Shown in pieces: positions 21,780 to 32,766 of a stretch of 64,000 nt of DNA. Position numbers and translations under genes: made by a program. Within the stretch, counting starts at the first letter, position 1. Every line of letters begins with the position of its first letter. This stretch comes from Calditrichia bacterium (GTDB lineage Bacteria > Calditrichota > Calditrichia > JAJRVZ01). A model generated the notes under the pieces. The model searched no databases. It saw only the letters and a program-made list of their open reading frames with translations, and had not been told where the DNA came from. The stretch lies in the NCBI GenBank assembly GCA_963777955.1, contig CAVZSQ010000013.1, positions 352,001 to 416,000 of the forward strand, read 5' to 3'.

Positions 21780-22130
21780 TTACCTTTTATCCTTGAACAG
21801 TGTATTCAGGATAATACTAACCAGGCTGATTATAATCGCCCCGCCCAGGGCCGGCCAGAATCCATAAATAATAAATCCGGGCAACAGCCTTGCGGTCAAG
21901 CCCAGGATAGCTGCATTAATAATAAACGTAAAAAGCCCCAGGGTCAGAATATTAATCGGCAGGGTCAGAATAATTAAAACAGGTTTGATCGAGATATTTA
22001 GTATTCCAAACAGGGCGGAGGCAATTAACAGATCACTGAAGCGGTTAAATATTATTCCGGGTATTATCAAACAGGTTACAGCCATGGCCACCGCATTGAT
22101 GAACCAGCGCAGCAGAGCGGATTGCAGCAT
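21780..22130 (-). CDS. YvlD-like 4-TM membrane protein (phage holin superfamily IV)
   Basis: IKPVLIILTLPINILTLGLFTFIINA signature; four hydrophobic segments. Confidence 0.85.
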   Translation of the reverse strand: MLQSALLRWFINAVAMAVTCLIIPGIIFNRFSDLLIASALFGILNISIKPVLIILTLPINILTLGLFTFIINAAILGLTARLLPGFIIYGFWPALGGAIIISLVSIILNTLFKDKR

Positions 22131-22149
22131 ATCTCTTCTCCGGTAGGTT

Positions 22150-23910
22150 TCAGTTTTTTACTTCGCCACTGTCATTTTCTTCAATCTTCTTCAAATTGGC
22201 CTCTAAATATTTGGCCAGGTCGGCAGTTTTACTGAACTGTCGATAATTGCGGGTGAGATGTTCGAGGACGCGATCCGGGGTTTTAACGATTATATTCTTA
22301 ATACGCGGCAAGGCGACCGGATGCATGCTTAAATTACGCAAACCCAGCGCCAGTAAAAGCGGCACATAAAGCGGTTCGCTGGCCATTTCTCCGCAAATAG
22401 AAACTTCCTTACCCAATTTTTCACCGGCCTTGGCCACCTGTTCGATCAGATAGAGTATGGCGCTATTAAGGGGTTGATAATACGGAGCAACTCTATCATT
22501 AGCCCTGTCCACTGCCAGGGTGTACTGGATCAGATCATTGGTGCCCACACTGGCAAAATCCACTTCCTTCAGCAGTTTTTCAATTTCAATTGCCGCAGAG
22601 GGAACTTCGACCATGATTCCCAGCGGGATTTTTTTATCGGTCATTTTCAATTCCTGCTGCACCTGGGTAATAGCATCCTTGACCGCCAGAATCTCTTCCA
22701 GGCTGGAAATCATCGGAATCATGATCTTTAACTTGCCCGATTCAGCACTCCGGTATAAAGCCCGCAATTGAGTCAACAGCACTTCTTTCTCCTGCAGGAG
22801 AATACGGATAGAACGCCAGCCCAGGAATGGATTGGCTTCATGATATTTATCGGCGAAGGGTAAAAATTTATCTCCACCCATATCCAGCAAGCGGATGATA
22901 ACCGGTTTTTTAGGGAACGCGGTTAATATTTTGTTATATAAATCGACCTGTTCTTCTTCGGTTAAAAATCGCTGCTTGGCAATGAATGGCAGTTCGGTGC
23001 GAAACAAGCCCACTCCATCAGCCTGATATTTTTGGGCCAGGTCTAATTCATGGTCATCATTAATATTGGCCATTAATTTTACTTTTTCCCCGGAAAAAAC
23101 ATAGGCCGGGACATTAATCAAACTTTCCAATCGTTTTTTACGTTTCTCCCAGATAATTATCTGGTCTTTAAAATATTTTTCAGTATCCTTTCCCGGATTG
23201 AGAATGATCTTTCCTTCATAGCCGTCAATAGCCGCCTTTTCAACTCCCTGCAGACTTTTCATCAGGTCGGTTACCCCCACTACCGCTGCGATTTCCAGCG
23301 AGTGAGCCAGGATAGCGGCATGACTCGTCTTGCCTCCGTATTCCGTGGCAATGCCTTTCAGCGATTTGTGTAAAAAGTATATCGAATCGACCGGTGTCAA
23401 TTCACGGGCCATCAGGATGTTTTCAGTATAACTATCAAAATCACAATGGCTATCGGCTTGCATCAGGAAATAAATTAAGCGGCGGGAAACGCCGCGGATA
23501 TCGTAAATCCGTTCGCGCAGGTATTCATCCTGAATATTGCTGAACTTTTTTTCCAGAGAATTCAACTTTCTGCGGATTATCCCCTCGGCATTCTGATGTG
23601 TTTGTTGAATTGCCTCGGGAATTTCCGCCTGGAAAATCGGATCTTCCAGGATTAACCGATAGGCTTCATATATTTCGGCATGTTTTGGACCTACACTGCG
23701 GGCGATCCGCTCCTGTTTTTCAATAAACTGCGAACCAACTTCATTCAACGCAGTTGCATAACGGTCGAGTTCTGCGGCAATCTGTTCCGGCTCCAGAACG
23801 ATATCCTGAACATCATCCAGTTCGGTACGATACAGGCAAATGCTGCCCAGCGCCAGTCCTTCAGAGACCGAAATACCTTTTAAAACAATTTCCGCCGTAT
23901 GTTTACTCAT
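22150..23910 (-). CDS. ptsI: Phosphoenolpyruvate-protein phosphotransferase (PTS enzyme I)
   Basis: GGKTSHAAILA phospho-His, GVGLFRTE, EANPFLGWRSIR, SVGTNDLIQY, ICGEMA. Confidence 0.95.
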   Translation of the reverse strand: MSKHTAEIVLKGISVSEGLALGSICLYRTELDDVQDIVLEPEQIAAELDRYATALNEVGSQFIEKQERIARSVGPKHAEIYEAYRLILEDPIFQAEIPEAIQQTHQNAEGIIRRKLNSLEKKFSNIQDEYLRERIYDIRGVSRRLIYFLMQADSHCDFDSYTENILMARELTPVDSIYFLHKSLKGIATEYGGKTSHAAILAHSLEIAAVVGVTDLMKSLQGVEKAAIDGYEGKIILNPGKDTEKYFKDQIIIWEKRKKRLESLINVPAYVFSGEKVKLMANINDDHELDLAQKYQADGVGLFRTELPFIAKQRFLTEEEQVDLYNKILTAFPKKPVIIRLLDMGGDKFLPFADKYHEANPFLGWRSIRILLQEKEVLLTQLRALYRSAESGKLKIMIPMISSLEEILAVKDAITQVQQELKMTDKKIPLGIMVEVPSAAIEIEKLLKEVDFASVGTNDLIQYTLAVDRANDRVAPYYQPLNSAILYLIEQVAKAGEKLGKEVSICGEMASEPLYVPLLLALGLRNLSMHPVALPRIKNIIVKTPDRVLEHLTRNYRQFSKTADLAKYLEANLKKIEENDSGEVKN

Positions 23911-24053
23911 TTTCCTGATTTAAGCCCTGTAACATTTCAGGCAATATATTGCCGGTGAGGATTGAAATGCAAGAATTTTCTCAGCAATTACCTGAATCGC
24001 TTTCAGTCTATAACAATCAAAACAAAGCCTGCGGATTTACAGCGGGCCGGAAA

Positions 24054-25049
24054 TCAGATACTCTTAAACTCACTGAACACACCGGTAATAAATTCAAGAT
24101 CAGCGGATTGAAAAGGTTTAGCCATGGTCGCGGTATTCATTTCAACCTGACCTGCATTCTTAAATCCCGGGATCACCACTGCCTGACGGGATTTACTGAG
24201 AGCATACTGGTTGCAAACCAGAGCCAGAGTTTGCGGATCTGCTCCGAAGCGTTTTTTTATTTTCAATAAAGCCGGTTTCAGGCGTTTAATAAATTCAGTT
24301 TTAAAGTCTTCATAATTATTACGGATATCCCCCCGCTCGAATTGCGGTGGATTCTGCGGATCATACTTGTCCAGCAACAAACCCTTGGCATAGGTTCCAA
24401 ACAACACCAGCCCAAGATCGTGACTATCCGCCCACTTAAAAATGTTCTTTTCCGGACTATCAAAGGGACTTTTGAGGGCATTGTAGGGTAATTGCAGCAC
24501 CTCGGCCCTGGTAATGGGCAGCAGTTGGACAAACTTGTCAAAATCATAGGCTGATTGTCCGATCACCCTTATTTTTCCTTCTTGTTTTAAGCGATGCATT
24601 TCGGCTACTGCCTGTTCAAGAAAAATATTATTGTCCCCGAAAAAAGGATTATGAAAATAATAGATATCCACATAATCGGTCTGTAAATTTTTCAGACTCT
24701 GTTCCAGTTGATGACGGATATGTAAAGGATCGAACGCCTGAGCAGCCGTTCCTTTAAACCACCCGACTTTTGTGGCCAGTACGATCTGATCGCGTTTAAC
24801 CCCTTCCTGAAATACCTGACCGATTAACCGTTCCGAATGACCCCGTCCGTATACATCGGCTGTATCCCAGTGGTTTACACCCAACTCATAAGCGCGATGT
24901 AAGGCCACTAATGATTCCCCATCATTATTCCCTGTCCAGCCATTGGGAAAACCATCATCGCTGAAAGAGGGTCCACCGATAGCCCAGCAACCCAGGCCAA
25001 TTTCCGAAACTTTTAATCCACTTTTACCAAGGGTACGATAGGCAACCAT
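24054..25049 (-). CDS. Aldo/keto reductase
   Basis: YRTLGKSGLKVSEIGLG, DTADVYG, ATKVG, SLKNLQTDYVD; start moved to the MVAYRT ATG after GGAG. Confidence 0.92.
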   Translation of the reverse strand: MVAYRTLGKSGLKVSEIGLGCWAIGGPSFSDDGFPNGWTGNNDGESLVALHRAYELGVNHWDTADVYGRGHSERLIGQVFQEGVKRDQIVLATKVGWFKGTAAQAFDPLHIRHQLEQSLKNLQTDYVDIYYFHNPFFGDNNIFLEQAVAEMHRLKQEGKIRVIGQSAYDFDKFVQLLPITRAEVLQLPYNALKSPFDSPEKNIFKWADSHDLGLVLFGTYAKGLLLDKYDPQNPPQFERGDIRNNYEDFKTEFIKRLKPALLKIKKRFGADPQTLALVCNQYALSKSRQAVVIPGFKNAGQVEMNTATMAKPFQSADLEFITGVFSEFKSI

Positions 25050-25242
25050 GCTGATCTCCCGCCTTGTTGTTGTCCCGGTGAATTTACCTGTAAAAAAAAT
25101 CATAAAAAAGTTAAGACCTGATTTATTTTCTGATTTCACCGTTTAACAATTGTATCCGGTATCAGTATTTGATATATTTTTATATCTAAGAATATAACAC
25201 GGTTCGCAGGATAATGGTAAAACTGCATGATCAGGGAGGATA

Positions 25243-25701
25243 ATGAAAGTAAATAAAAAACTTATTTCCAGGATTAAGCACATTGCACTGATTGCCCATG
25301 ATAACCGTAAAAATGATTTACTGGAATGGGCCCGTTTTAACCGTGAATTACTGGCCAAGCACCAACTATATGCCACCGGTACCACCGGCGGACTGCTGGA
25401 ACGGGAACTGGATCTTAATGTACACCGCTTCAAAAGCGGGCCGCTGGGAGGAGATCAGCAGATCGGTGCCAAGATCACTGAAGATGAAATCGACTTTGTC
25501 ATTTTCTTCTGGGATCCCCTGCAACCTCATCCTCACGATGTCGATGTCAAAGCCTTACTGCGTATTGCGGTGGTATATAACATTCCTATCGCCTGCAACC
25601 GGGCCAGCGCGGACTTCATGATTTCCTCACCATTGATGGACGAGAAATACGAGAAAATCCTGATAGACTATGAAGAACGTATGGCTGCTGAACAGGACTG
25701 A
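25243..25701 (+). CDS. mgsA: Methylglyoxal synthase
   Basis: [37 protein letters not shown]. Confidence 0.97.
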   Translation: MKVNKKLISRIKHIALIAHDNRKNDLLEWARFNRELLAKHQLYATGTTGGLLERELDLNVHRFKSGPLGGDQQIGAKITEDEIDFVIFFWDPLQPHPHDVDVKALLRIAVVYNIPIACNRASADFMISSPLMDEKYEKILIDYEERMAAEQD

Positions 25702-25809
25702 TTAAACTGAACCTGAACACCTTTATCCCAACGGGATTATATATAATAGCCCGGGAATAAATTTACCTCTTTTTTTCTTTGAATTACTAAAGATACATCC
25801 GTAAGGAGT

Positions 25810-26409
25810 ATGGCTATGATTATAAATTATAAATCTATCAGCAGGATGATCTCCAGAATCCAGATACTTATCCTGTTTGCATTTTCGCTACTATCTGCAG
25901 CTGAATACCAGGTAGATAAAAACAAAAAATCACAGGTCAAATTCATCTCTGATGCCCCTATCGAAGATATAGAAGGTGTTACCCATAAAATTGATGGTTA
26001 CCTGGCCTGGGAAAATGAGAACCTTACCGAGCAGAGCGAGATGTATTTCGAGGTGGATTTAAACAGCATCGATACAGGAATCGGTTTGCGCAACCGGCAC
26101 ATGCGTGAAAATTACCTGCATACCGATAAATATCCTTACACTTATTATAAAGGAAAGATCACCTCCAGTCAGAAACTGGATGATTCCACCTTTGCCGTAG
26201 TCGCCGCAGGTGCAATTTTTATTCACGGTGTTGAAAAACCACTAGCGGTGCAGGGCACGGTCAAGCGGACAGGAGAAAATATTTACCGGATAAATACAAA
26301 TTTCCAGGTAAAATTATCCGATTTTAATATTGAAATTCCGTCGATTATGTTTTATAAAATCAACGAAACAATGGAATTGAAATTGGATTTTTGGGTGCGG
26401 AAAACGTAA
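25810..26409 (+). CDS. YceI family periplasmic protein
   Basis: Signal peptide, SIDTGIGLRNRHMR, IHGVEK. Confidence 0.88.
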   Translation: MAMIINYKSISRMISRIQILILFAFSLLSAAEYQVDKNKKSQVKFISDAPIEDIEGVTHKIDGYLAWENENLTEQSEMYFEVDLNSIDTGIGLRNRHMRENYLHTDKYPYTYYKGKITSSQKLDDSTFAVVAAGAIFIHGVEKPLAVQGTVKRTGENIYRINTNFQVKLSDFNIEIPSIMFYKINETMELKLDFWVRKT

Positions 26410-26438
26410 TAATATTATAAAATGATGTCATAGGTTTG

Positions 26439-26915
26439 TTATCGATGCGGCGCCCACCGGCGTAAAAATTCCATGATTTTATCCCGGTCATGATGATCCC
26501 CGGATTCCAACGGGCCGGTATCCTGTGAATGCAACAAATTACCCTTGGTATCCAGAACGAATAAATGCGGATAGCCGGGAATTTTAGGATAGCTGGCTAA
26601 TACCGCTTCATTTTTATTCTCTTCACTCCAGTTGACTTTTACCACGATATAATTAGCATGCATATATTCGTTGACATCAATATTCTGTTCAAAAAACTGA
26701 TCCAGGCGTCTGCACCAGATGCACCAGTCTCCGCCCACATCCAGGATCACTCTCTTGCCGCTGCGCCCGGCTTCATTCACGGCGGCGGCAATATCCCGGG
26801 CAGCATCACGGGTCGGATCGAATTTGGTCACCGGTTGATAGGAACTGTCGGGCTTACAGCTGCAGAAACAGGTTAATACTACCAGTATCCCCATTTTGAT
26901 TATTATTCCATTCAT
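26439..26915 (-). CDS. Thioredoxin-like lipoprotein
   Basis: Lipobox-like FCSC; GGDWCIWC motif; GYP cis-Pro loop. Confidence 0.85.
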   Translation of the reverse strand: MNGIIIKMGILVVLTCFCSCKPDSSYQPVTKFDPTRDAARDIAAAVNEAGRSGKRVILDVGGDWCIWCRRLDQFFEQNIDVNEYMHANYIVVKVNWSEENKNEAVLASYPKIPGYPHLFVLDTKGNLLHSQDTGPLESGDHHDRDKIMEFLRRWAPHR

Positions 26916-27059
26916 ATTATCCCTCTATCAAATTAACAATCTGATATCATTTGCCTAATATATCAAGTCCCTGGAATAAATAAAATAATAGATTTGGGGA
27001 TATTTATATAAGGCACAAAGAACAAAAGGTCCATGAAAAAAATCGGCGCTTCAGTGGAT

Positions 27060-27090
27060 CACCTTCGAGGTTCTGGAAACCTCGAAGGTG
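27060..27090. repeat. REP-like palindrome, family A, copy 1
   Basis: CACCTTCGAGGTT-CTGGA-AACCTCGAAGGTG; related copies at 43585, 50951 and 63199. Confidence 0.8.
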
Positions 27091-27304
27091 GCTAGAGTCG
27101 TACAACCTGATTATCATAGTAATTACTTCCTGGTAGATTGCAACAATAATAGCGAGGGAAAGCCAGCCGAGTCTGACTTTTTTATTTGACCTCGATCAAT
27201 CTTTGATTATATTATTCAGTTAGTATTTTCCGCTCGATACCAAAGGTGACCTAGTAAAATTTTTTCATGGGTGTTACAAAATCGGCACTCGGTGTTCAGG
27301 TCTA

Positions 27305-28253
27305 ATGATCTTGAAGGCAGGTAGGCAGAATGATAAAGCCGTATCAATAATAAAGATAAATTTTGTTCTATTCTGTTTATTCTGTATTTTCTTTTGCAGC
27401 AATTCTGCACAATCTCAAGTCATTCAGGATTCCTCCTATTTCCCGCTGGCTATCGGAAATCAATGGATTTACATGACCACCGACAGTGTCTATACCGATA
27501 CCACGACAGTTGTTGATACACAGCGCGTGCAGGATAATCTATATTATGGCCTTTCATTTTTTTCTGGATACTCCCTGTACATCTGGTTCAGGAATAGCAG
27601 GTGATAAGGTATATATAGTTGATACCCTGGCAGACCGGCTGGATCCGGTGAATATTGAAGAATATCTACTGTATGATTTTGGGGCCGATACGATGCAATC
27701 CTGGGTGGTCCCTCTTTCGGGCGATCTTGGCTGTGATTACGGGGGAACAATCTCACTGGCTACAAAGAGTGCGGTGGTCCTTACCCCGGCCGGAACTTTT
27801 TTGAATTGTTATTACCTCGACCGTCCTTATACTCAGTGTATGGATGCCGGTATCTGGGGAGAGTGGTTTGCCGCTGGAGTGGGAAGAGTTTCGTATATAG
27901 AGGATAACTATGCCGGGGCGCGCAACTTTGTTTTAAAAAATTCAATTATCATGACCTCCGCACCCGCTGCCAATAATTTTCCTGTTATTCAGTCATATCA
28001 ACTGGAACAGAATTATCCGAATCCGTTCAATCCCATAACCACCATTGTTTTTCAAATACCGCGAAGAAGTCAGGTCTTGCTGGAAATTTATAATATACTG
28101 GGACAAAAGATTGAAACTCTGATCGACTCTGAACTAAATGCTGCACAGTATTCCGTCTTGTGGAACGCCTATGACAAACCGAGTGGTATCTATTTTTGTA
28201 AAATACGTGCCAACAATTTTTCAAAATCTATCAAACTAATGCTGATCAGGTAA
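27305..28253 (+). CDS. Secreted protein with C-terminal FlgD-Ig/T9SS-like sorting domain; frameshift near 27597
   Basis: Signal peptide, SYFPLAIGNQWIY, TPAGTFLNC, EWFAAGVG, then LEQNYPNPFNPITTI...SGIYFC. Confidence 0.75.
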
Positions 28254-28351
28254 GTAATTTTTAAAGATATTTTATTGTTTTCAGATTGAATTTATATTAT
28301 CATTATAAGACATTATTATATTTTCTTCAACAACCCAGGCTGAATTTATAT

Positions 28352-29910
28352 ATGCATGACAATTTAAAAACTGTAAAAATATTATTTATTCTGATTATCT
28401 TAAGCGGAAGCATGCAAGCTCAGAATATTGACTTAGATTACGCTTCTGATAAAGAAAAACTTTTCTTTGAAAAAAATAGACATAGTCTGTGATTCCACCC
28501 ATGAGGATATGGACTTATGGTTAATGGCAGAAGGGATTGATAATCCGGCTGAAATTCAGAGAATCCGGGAAGTCATAGCTACAATCACTGATGAAATAAA
28601 GAATAAAATCAATCTTAAAGATGATTTCGAAGATCAGGCTGAAGATATTTTCAAATGGTTCCATAAATATTTATTAAAAAGATATGATGAAAAAACGGTG
28701 ATTGAAAATCTGCATAATGGCGGTGAATATAATTATATAACCGCCAATGCCGTTTTTTACCATATCTGTAAACAATTAAATCTGCCTGTTATATTAATCT
28801 CGAACTTCTATTACATAGAAAACAGACTACAACTGAGCAATAAGTCAATTGATATAGATATCCTGGATAAGCAAAATGGGTTTGACAGTAAATTTGATAA
28901 AAATGAATTTTTACAATTGCTGATCAATCTCAAAATCATGGGTGCAAAGGATATTACTTCACAGTCGGGCGGTGAATCAATTACGGATTTTAAATTTATT
29001 GATCCCTGCCAGCTGATGGGATTTATCTATCATCAAAAAGCCGAAGAACTATTTAGCTTAGCTGATTATGAAAATGCTCTGAATAATATTGAAAAAGCGT
29101 TAATCTTGATGCCGGCAAATGAGTTTTTGCAGTATAATTACAAGACAGTTCTGCTAAAATATGTTGAAATGACTACCGGAGATGAGATCCTGATACCTCA
29201 TTATCTAAATTCGCTCTTCTTTCTTGCTGATGATAAAACTTATGCCATGCCTGCCACACAAATTGCAGCGCAAATTATTTTTAATATCGCCGAAACAAAA
29301 ACAAATTATTCAAAAGCCCTTAAACTGATATTTGACTGCAAAACAATATTTCTGCAGCCGGAATTCATTAAAAAAATGACCGAGTTTGAAACTGAACTTG
29401 AACATAACTGGATCAGTTATTACATGCGCAGAGGTTATTATGATTCCGCTTATGTGAAAATAAAGAATTTATATTTTCTCAATAATAATGATCCCAGAAA
29501 TAAAGATGCATATATATCCATTACACTTTTTTATTGCAAATCTCTGATCGAAAGAGAAAAAAATTTTACCAGGGCCGCCAGTCTTATGGATTCACTGATA
29601 GCCGAATCTTCCGACTACCCCAGCGTTAAGGATGCCTATGTGGAAATAATTCTAGCTCCTCTCATTATAGATCGTGACTTTATTAAAATAAATTTGAACA
29701 AGGCGATTGAGCTGGCCCGCAAAGTTTTTAAATATAATCCTGAACATTCCAAATCCAGATGGGCTGTATCCGTTGTTTATCACGAACAGGCAATGTCAGC
29801 ATTAAGAAAAAATAACCTGAAAGAAGCCAAGCGAATCCTGGCAGAGGGTTTAACTTTCGATTTCAGACGATAAACAGTTGAACGAAGATTTATCGCAAAT
29901 ACCGGATTGA
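28352..29910 (+). CDS. AT-rich secreted TPR/helical-repeat protein with SirB1/transglutaminase-like N-terminal region; frameshifts near 28465 and 29865
   Basis: Signal peptide MHDNLKTVKILFILIILSGSMQA; GEYNYITANAVF; TPR-like DYENALNNIEKAL and EAKRILAEGL; the shifted frame ends at TGA 29908-29910. Confidence 0.55.
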
Positions 29911-30069
29911 TCATAATTCTTATTACAGAAATATATTTTTTTATCACGCTGAATATATATAGTTGATCGGGTTATGATTAATTTATTTCAATGACCATTT
30001 CGCAGATTTAAAACTAAGATATCATGAGCAAAGATAACTTTAGAGTCTACTGCTTATCTCAATTTTGTT

Positions 30070-30180
30070 GAGGAAAAAGGAATCGGCCCTGCTGTCCAGA
30101 GCGGACTTTTAGCTGCTGAAGCCATCATTAATGGTAAACAACTTGTTTTTAAGACTATAAAAAATACAGTTTTTACCATT
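30070..30180 (+). pseudogene. Relic of a geranylgeranyl-reductase-family FAD oxidoreductase C-terminus
   Basis: Reads EEKGIGPAVQSGLLAAEAIING, matching the GEGI-x-PA-xx-SG-xx-AA motif; no upstream gene body. Confidence 0.45.
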
Positions 30181-30397
30181 GGAATACAGCTGCTAAATTA
30201 TTATTTAGGCATTAAGGCAAAATGCTACAAAAGAATGAATAGGTGATCTACCTTAATATTTAATGTCTTTAGTAGTAAAAGATTTAATACTTCACTTTTG
30301 AAAAATAGTATAATACTTAAGCTGATGAGGATTCTTTAAAAAATTATTATAATTTGTTAACCAATTTCAGGAAATTAATATATTGAACATTATATAA

Positions 30398-30694
30398 TCA
30401 CTTGTCTTTTTTTTTACAAAGAGCATTGAATGGAAATATAAAAAAGAATGGAGACTGCTAAATATTTTAAAGAACCATAACTTAAAAGTTATGAATCAAA
30501 ATGAAGAAATTTTCCTTTTTGAATTACCTGTTAAATCAATTACCTCTGTGATACTTGGATGTCGATCAGATAATCATTTATTAGAATATTTCAATAGAAT
30601 AAAAAATACGATTGATTTTTTCCATTTAAGAATATTAAAAGCCCACCTAGATGAAAAGGAATATAAAATAAGGATCGAAGATATAAACACCTAA
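30398..30694 (+). pseudogene. 5'-truncated DUF2971-like remnant
   Basis: Open frame from 30398 reads FFTKSIEWKYKKEWRLL...ITSVILGCR, resembling the K-xx-W-xY-ExEWR / ILG pattern; in-frame TAA at 30395 just upstream. Confidence 0.55.
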
Positions 30695-30814
30695 CTAATC
30701 TTAAATAATTTTATATTATTCTTAACAAAATATATAGACACGAGAATAGTTTGATTATTATTATACTCAATTAAGGAATCCCATATCCAAAAAGGTTTGA
30801 CATTTTATTTATAG

Positions 30815-30904
30815 GGCGAATTTATGTTTGAGTCCGCCGGTAGGCGGACGAGTTTAAATTCGCCTTGATTTTTTGCCTACTTTTTTATCAAGAAAAAAGT
30901 AGGC
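30815..30904. repeat. Composite nested hairpin element (possibly also a bidirectional terminator)
   Basis: GGCGAATTTA...TAAATTCGCC enclosing GTCCGCC-GGTA-GGCGGAC, then GCCTACTTTTTT-ATCAAG-AAAAAAGTAGGC. Confidence 0.6.
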
Positions 30905-30916
30905 CGCCGGAGGCAT

Positions 30917-31333
30917 TTATTCCCCCTGTACTTGCACATGCAACTGCCGCTGCCGGGGATGATTATCGAAATCGATCAGTACCACCTGCTGCCAGGTTCC
31001 CAACTGCAGTTGGCTTTGCTCAAAAGGAATGGTTAACGAGGGACCGATCAGGGCCGCACGCAGATGTGCATAACCGTTGCCATCATGCCAGGTCTGGTCA
31101 TGATGGTAACGTGCCTGCATCGGGGCAATTTTTTCCAGCATCTCCGGGATATCTTCGATCAGGCCCGGTTCATACTCAATGGTGGTCAACCCGGCGGTGG
31201 AGCCCGGTACGAATACGGCCAGCAATCCGTTTTTAATCCGTGATTCCTGAATAACTGATCGCAGGGAGGGGGTAATATCGATGATATCATTGAAACCGCG
31301 GGTGGCCAGAGAAATTTTTTTCTGGAAAATCAT
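30917..31333 (-). CDS. yjbQ: YjbQ/UPF0047 family protein
   Basis: GSTAGLTTIEYE, DGNGYAHLRAALIGPS, LGTWQ, DFD. Confidence 0.92.
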   Translation of the reverse strand: MIFQKKISLATRGFNDIIDITPSLRSVIQESRIKNGLLAVFVPGSTAGLTTIEYEPGLIEDIPEMLEKIAPMQARYHHDQTWHDGNGYAHLRAALIGPSLTIPFEQSQLQLGTWQQVVLIDFDNHPRQRQLHVQVQGE

Positions 31334-31343
31334 TGCACTGATT

Positions 31344-31820
31344 TCAATCCTTCAGCAAGGTGGCAATAATAATGCCCAGGATCAGCCAGAGCGGGATAGA
31401 AATAAGTAAAGCCCAGATCATACCGTTGGCCCAGCGTAAACTGTGGGCTAAACCCTGTTTCTCCAGGGCCCGGCTCAGTTTGATCCGTACTTCATCGATA
31501 TGGAAGGGCTTGGTGAGATAATCGTAAGCCCCTTTTTTGATGGCATCCACTGCCGTCTCGATGGTCGGATGCGCCGTGATCATCAGGAAGATAATACTCT
31601 GCTTTTCGGTCTTGACCCGTTTTAATAACTCGATCCCGTTCATCACCGGCATATATAAATCGGACAGCACAATATCCACCTGCTGATTCCTGATAATATC
31701 CAGAGCTTCTTCACCATTGGCTGCGGTCAGGGCATGATAATCGATTTTCTGTAAAACACTTTCCAGGGTTTCACGGACATCCTGCTCATCATCCACAACT
31801 AAAACTCTTTTCTTCTCCAT
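31344..31820 (-). CDS. Response regulator receiver with C-terminal transmembrane helix
   Basis: VLVVDDE, LSDLYMP, ITAH, GAYDYLTKPF, then hydrophobic MIWALLISIPLWLILGIIIATLL. Confidence 0.85.
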   Translation of the reverse strand: MEKKRVLVVDDEQDVRETLESVLQKIDYHALTAANGEEALDIIRNQQVDIVLSDLYMPVMNGIELLKRVKTEKQSIIFLMITAHPTIETAVDAIKKGAYDYLTKPFHIDEVRIKLSRALEKQGLAHSLRWANGMIWALLISIPLWLILGIIIATLLKD

Positions 31821-32016
31821 TGGCTGCTCCTTGTAATACTTTTAAATATAATTATATTTAATCGACATTTCTTTCCGATTTTTGATATCAAATTATAAAA
31901 ATAAATATATATACACAATTTTTTCCCGGTGTGCGTTAATATAAGCATGAATTAACTACTGTAAATATAGGTATTTGGATTATTTTAAAGCAGCAAGTAG
32001 TGTAGATCAGTGTGGA

Positions 32017-32766
32017 TTATATATCTGCAATTATATGATCAGGACTATGTTGCCTGACTTTTTGCTGGGAAGGGGGATATCCTTTTCGTTTTTTGAATGA
32101 ACGACTGAAACTGGATAGTTCGCTATAACCCAGCAATTGCGCGGCTGCCTTTGCCGATAATTTTAACTGGCTGAAGATGATCCGTTCATAATGATCCAGA
32201 AGTTTTTGCATGAATTCCCGGAAAGACAGGCCGGTTTCGCGCTTAAATTCCTGGCTTAAATAGCCCTGACTGATCTCGAGTTGCCGGGCAATCTTGGCCG
32301 TGACACAATTCTTTAATTCATGAGCCTCGACGTAATTCATTACCTTTTTGATCCGGACTGACAGGTGATCATAAGCAAATCCCAGTTTCTCGTATGGAAT
32401 TTTTTTCCAAAAATTCCTGACCAGATCAAGCAGGATGGTCTGCAGATGCAATTCCCTTTTCTCACCGACAATGATATGGCTGAAATTTCCTAACTCGCCA
32501 AATTTTAAAGCATTGGATTGCAGAAAGGGATAGTAATAAACAAAATATGTCTGCGGAAAATTTGTATAGAGCTTACGTATATTTCCGGCCGCAGCGCTAA
32601 AATTATCCGCCACTATGATCAGGAACGGTACAGAACCGGGCAGCGATTTATCCAATTCATCGTATGCCGAAAAATATTCGACCTGAATAGCCGGCATCCC
32701 CTCAAATACCCGCACAATCTCGCTCTTCAAATTCTTATCGGTGCAATAGATCAGACTTCTAAACAT
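32017..32766 (-). CDS. AraC family transcriptional regulator
   Basis: IARQLEISQGYLSQEFKRETG and LGYSELSSFSRSFKKRKGYPP. Confidence 0.85.
   Translation of the reverse strand: MFRSLIYCTDKNLKSEIVRVFEGMPAIQVEYFSAYDELDKSLPGSVPFLIIVADNFSAAAGNIRKLYTNFPQTYFVYYYPFLQSNALKFGELGNFSHIIVGEKRELHLQTILLDLVRNFWKKIPYEKLGFAYDHLSVRIKKVMNYVEAHELKNCVTAKIARQLEISQGYLSQEFKRETGLSFREFMQKLLDHYERIIFSQLKLSAKAAAQLLGYSELSSFSRSFKKRKGYPPSQQKVRQHSPDHIIADI

Noticed and set aside
21780..22130. Prophage suggested by a holin-family gene
   Set aside because: YvlD-like proteins are common chromosomal genes; no endolysin, integrase or structural genes nearby.
27095..27304. Possible c-di-GMP riboswitch in the intergenic region
   Set aside because: Only a GGGAAAGCC fragment; the paired elements of class I or II aptamers could not be built. 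An Infernal/Rfam scan would settle it.
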